Below are positions 60,658 through 64,000 of a DNA stretch of 64,000 bases, one piece after another. Within the stretch, counting starts at the first letter, position 1, and each line of letters opens with the position of its first letter. Source of the DNA: Vicugna vicugna. Taxonomy: Eukaryota. A model generated the notes under the pieces. The model saw only the letters and a program-made list of their open reading frames with translations, was not told where the DNA came from and did no database searches. The DNA lies in the NCBI GenBank assembly GCA_013265495.1, contig MU058065.1:2767003-2831002 (forward strand), read 5' to 3'. The position numbers were made by a program, and so were the translations under genes.

Positions 60658-62995
60658 CAAGCATATCTCAGTGATATTGTGGAACTGGTTCCAGACCAAT
60701 GCAATAAGGCAAATATCCCAATAAAACAAGTCACAGAAACATTTAAAAGTTATGTTTACACTGTACTGTAGTCTATTAAGTATGCAATAACATTGTGTCT
60801 TAAAAAACAATGCACATACTTTAATTTTAAAATTTTATTGCTAAAAAAAGCTAACCATCATCTGAACCTTCAGCAGGTCATAATCTTTTTGCTGGTGGAG
60901 AGCCTTGCCTTGATGTTGATGACTACTGACTAATTAGGGTGGTGGTTATTGAAAATTAGGATGGCTGTGTCAATTTCTTAAATTAAGACAACAATGAAGT
61001 TTGCCACATCAAATGAGTCTTCCTTTCATGAACGATTTCTTGGCAGCAAGCAATGCTCTTTTACAGCATTTTACCCACAGTAGAGCTTCTTTCAAAATTG
61101 TGAGCAATCTTCCCAAACCCTGCCACTGTTTTGTCAATTAAATTTATATAATACTCTAAAGCCTTTGTTGTCATTTCAACAACCTTCACAGCCTCTTCAC
61201 CAGAACGAGATTCATCTCAAGAAACCACCTTCTTTCTTCATTCATAAGAAGCAACTCCTCATTGGTTAAGGTGACAGAAATTCAGTCACATCTTCCAGCT
61301 CTGCTTCTACTTCTAGTTCTCTGTCTATTTTCACCACATCTGCTCCCAAAACTGAATTCCTGAACCCCTCTACATCAACCATGAGGATTGGAATCAACTT
61401 CTCCCAAACTCCTGTTAATGTTGATATCTTGACCTCTTCTCATTAATCACAATGTTCTTAATGGCATCTAGAATGATAAATCCTTTCTGGAAGGTTTTCA
61501 ATTTACTTTGCCTAAGTTAATCATTGGAAAGACTTATTCATGGCAGCGATGCACTTACAAAATCTGTTTCTTAAATAATAAGACTTGAAATTACAAATTG
61601 CTCCTTGATCCCTGGGCTTCACAATGGATGTTGTGTTAGTAGGCATGAAAATATTAATCTCAGTGTACATTCCCATCAGAGTGATCGGGTTCATTGTTAG
61701 TGAGCAGTAACATTTTGGAAGGAATCTTTTTTTCTGAGCAGTAGGTCTCAACAGTGGGCTTAAAATAATCAGTAAATCAAGTAGTAAACTGATGTGCTGT
61801 CACCCAGGCTTTGTTGTATCATTTACAATGCACAGACAGAGGAGATTTAGCACAATTTGTAAGGGCTCTAGGATTTTTCTGGAATGGTAAATGAGCACTG
61901 GCTTCAACGTAAAGTCACCAGCTGTGTTAGTCCCCAATAAGAGAGTCAGCCTGTCCTTGGAAGCTTTGAAACCAAGCATTGACTCCTCCTTTCTGGCTTT
62001 GAAAGCCCTAGATGACATCTACTCCTGACAGAAGGCTGTATCATCTACATTACAAATCTCTTGTTTTGTGTAGCCACCTTCATGATTATCTTCTGGATAA
62101 CTTGCTGCAGCATCTGCATCAGCACTTACTGCTTCATCTTGCACTTTTATGTCATAGAGATGACTTCTTTCCTTCAACTGTATAAGCCATCTTCTGCCAG
62201 CTTCAAATTTTTCTTCTGCTAGATTTTCACCTCTCTTAGCCTTTATAGAACTGAAGAGTTAGAGCCTTGCTCTGGGTTAGGCTTTGATTTAAGGGCATGT
62301 TGTGGCTCATTTAATCTATCCACTAAGTTTTTTTCTGTATCTGCAATAAGGCTGTTTTGCTTCCTTATCATTTGTGTGTTCACTGGATTAGCACTTTTAA
62401 TTTCCTTCAAAAACTTTTTCCTTGCATTCAAAACTTGTCTAACTGTTTAGCATAAAAAATTTCAACCTATCTCAGCTTTCAACAGGCCTTCCTTACTAAG
62501 CTTCATTATTTCTAGCTTTTGATTTACAATGAGAGACATGTGCTTTTCCTTCCACTTGCACACTTAGAGGCTAATATAGGGTTATTAATTGGCCTAATTT
62601 CAATACTATGTCTCAGCGAATAGGGATCCCCAAGGAGATGGAGAGAAACAAGGGAGTGACCAGTTGGTGGAGCAGTCAGAACACACACAACATTTATTGA
62701 CCAAATTCACCGTCTTATGTGGGCATGGTTCATGGCACCCCAAAACAATTACAATAGTAGCATCCAAAATCACTGATCACAGATAGACATAACACATATA
62801 ATACTAATGAAAAAATTGCGAGAATTACCAAAATGTGATGTAGAGACCAGAAGTGAGCAAATGTTGTTGAAAAATGACACCAATGACTTGCTCAATGAAG
62901 GATTGTCACAAAACTTAAATTTGTAAAAAAAAAAAAAAGAAAAACTCTCTATAACTGCAAAGCACAATGAAGTGCAATAAAATGAGATATGCTTG
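60658..62995 (-). mobile_element. Tigger1 (pogo/Tc1-mariner) DNA transposon, near full length (2338 bp)
   Basis: Perfect 13-bp TIRs caagcatatctca / tgagatatgcttg, each flanked by TA (60656-60657, 62996-62997); internal transposase remnants. Confidence 0.97.
60851..62574 (-). pseudogene. Decayed Tigger1 transposase (TIGD1-like, CENP-B HTH + DDE_1)
   Basis: ORF fragments [51 protein letters not shown] and MPTNTTSIVKPRDQG..FKSYYLRN; start ATG position reads TTA; many frameshifts. Confidence 0.93.
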
Positions 62996-63135
62996 TATTG
63001 TAAAGATATCAATAACCACCAAACTGATGTATTAATTCAATGTAATGTCAATCAAATCTAAAAATTTATTTTTGAAATTTGACGTGATGTTAAAATATAT
63101 GTGACAATACAAAAAGCCAAAAATAGCCAAGACAA

Positions 63136-63572
63136 TGGTTATAGATTAATGTGTAAATGCCAATTCTTTACTCTCTGTAGTGATATTATTTACCTACACT
63201 CTTCTGCTGACTTCACATGGACAGAATGTGCTTTCTGCACTCTTGGTTTTGATGCCTGGCTATGTAACTTGCATAAGACAATGAGATTTTATGAAGTATC
63301 ATACAAACAGAAGAATGAAATGAACTTCTGCATGTGAGTTTGATCTCTACTGCTTTGCCATTACCTTGAGAACACACTCTAGGTAGTTGCTACCCCTTAG
63401 GTCTGAGTTACAGAATGAGAACTATGGACCAGAGGCATCCTGGTCCACATACTTACCTGCAACCTGAAGGAAAGTCATCGTATTCAATCCACAGCCCCAA
63501 GAGCATGAGAATAAATGCTTATTGCTGAGTGGTTTGTTGTTCAGGGCTTTTGTGGAGATAGTTGATAAAAAT
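63136..63572 (+). mobile_element. MaLR solo LTR (MLT1H-like)
   Basis: ggctatgtaacttgc...caatg, catgagaataaatgcttattg...ggtttgttgttcag; interrupts L1 ORF2. Confidence 0.75.
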
Positions 63573-64000
63573 AAACCAAAATAGATAAGTAAAGAAGAAC
63601 AAAACTAGAGGTCTTATGCTGCCAAACACCAAAACCTAATAAGATCCATAGTAATTAACACAGGGTTTGGTACAAAGATAAACAAACTGATCAATGAAAC
63701 AAAGTATTTTAGAGAAAGACCCATATATAAATAATCAACTAATTTGTTACAAAGATGGCACTGAAGTGCTTGGGAAAAGATAGCCTTTTCTGTAAATTGG
63801 ACATCCGTAAGGAAAATAACAGATCTTGATTTCTAGTTCAAACCATACACAGAATAGGTTTCAAGTGGATTTAATATCTAAATGTGAAAGAAAAAGCAAA
63901 TATTTTGAATAAAAACATAAGAAAATATAAATTTTGGTAACAAATATTTCTTAAATAAGACACATACATCTCTATGGAAAAAAAATTGATAAGTTGGACT

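Larger units (their letters stand above)
57340..64000 (+). mobile_element. Old L1M element (5'UTR, ORF1, ORF2 remnants) fragmented by four younger insertions; runs off the window
   Basis: ORF1-type sequence 58030-58638 and 58955-59150; ORF2 RT LSPLVCNLVLEVLA near 60260-60302; ORF2 resumes at 62998-63135 and 63590-64000. Confidence 0.8.

Noticed and set aside
60851..62574. A functional domesticated TIGD1-like gene
   Set aside because: Start codon lost, multiple frameshifts and stops, and intact TIR/TA context mark it as a decayed transposon copy.
63449..63459. U1 snRNA gene or pseudogene (ATACTTACCTG)
   Set aside because: The match stops after 11 nt; the downstream sequence is LTR, not U1.
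1..64000. The short ORFs in the six-frame track as host genes
   Set aside because: All are 60-136 aa, many start at non-ATG codons or lie in repeats or microsatellites, and none resembles a host protein; only transposon-derived fragments (Tigger1, L1, L2) are interpretable.

Overview
AT-rich, CpG-poor mammalian genomic DNA with no CpG island and no recognisable host protein-coding gene, tRNA, rRNA or CRISPR array; it reads as intergenic or deep-intronic sequence. A large share is interspersed repeat: MIR, L2, L3/CR1, old L1M, MaLR/ERVL LTRs (MLT1, MLT2, LTR16, LTR33), hAT MITEs and a near full-length Tigger1 whose decayed transposase explains the only protein-like ORFs in the track. The young L1 3' ends match what I recall of camelid (alpaca/camel) L1. 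No Alu, B1/B2, Bov-A/BovB, PRE1 or SINEC copy is visible, so a camelid source is inferred, not proven. Family names come from recalled consensus sequences, not a database search, and old-element boundaries are approximate. I found no convincing new biological system. The most interesting signals are: an L1 tip carrying two successive polyadenylated 3' transductions inside one TSD (4475-4737); an unexplained ~160-bp direct duplication with conserved blocks (45544-45706 / 46210-46369); several inverted or rearranged L1 insertions (33.3, 43.1, 43.4 kb); Tigger1 TIRs sharing the same non-consensus bases; a frame-preserving candidate exon (15423-15545); and an RE1/REST-like site (39338-39358).
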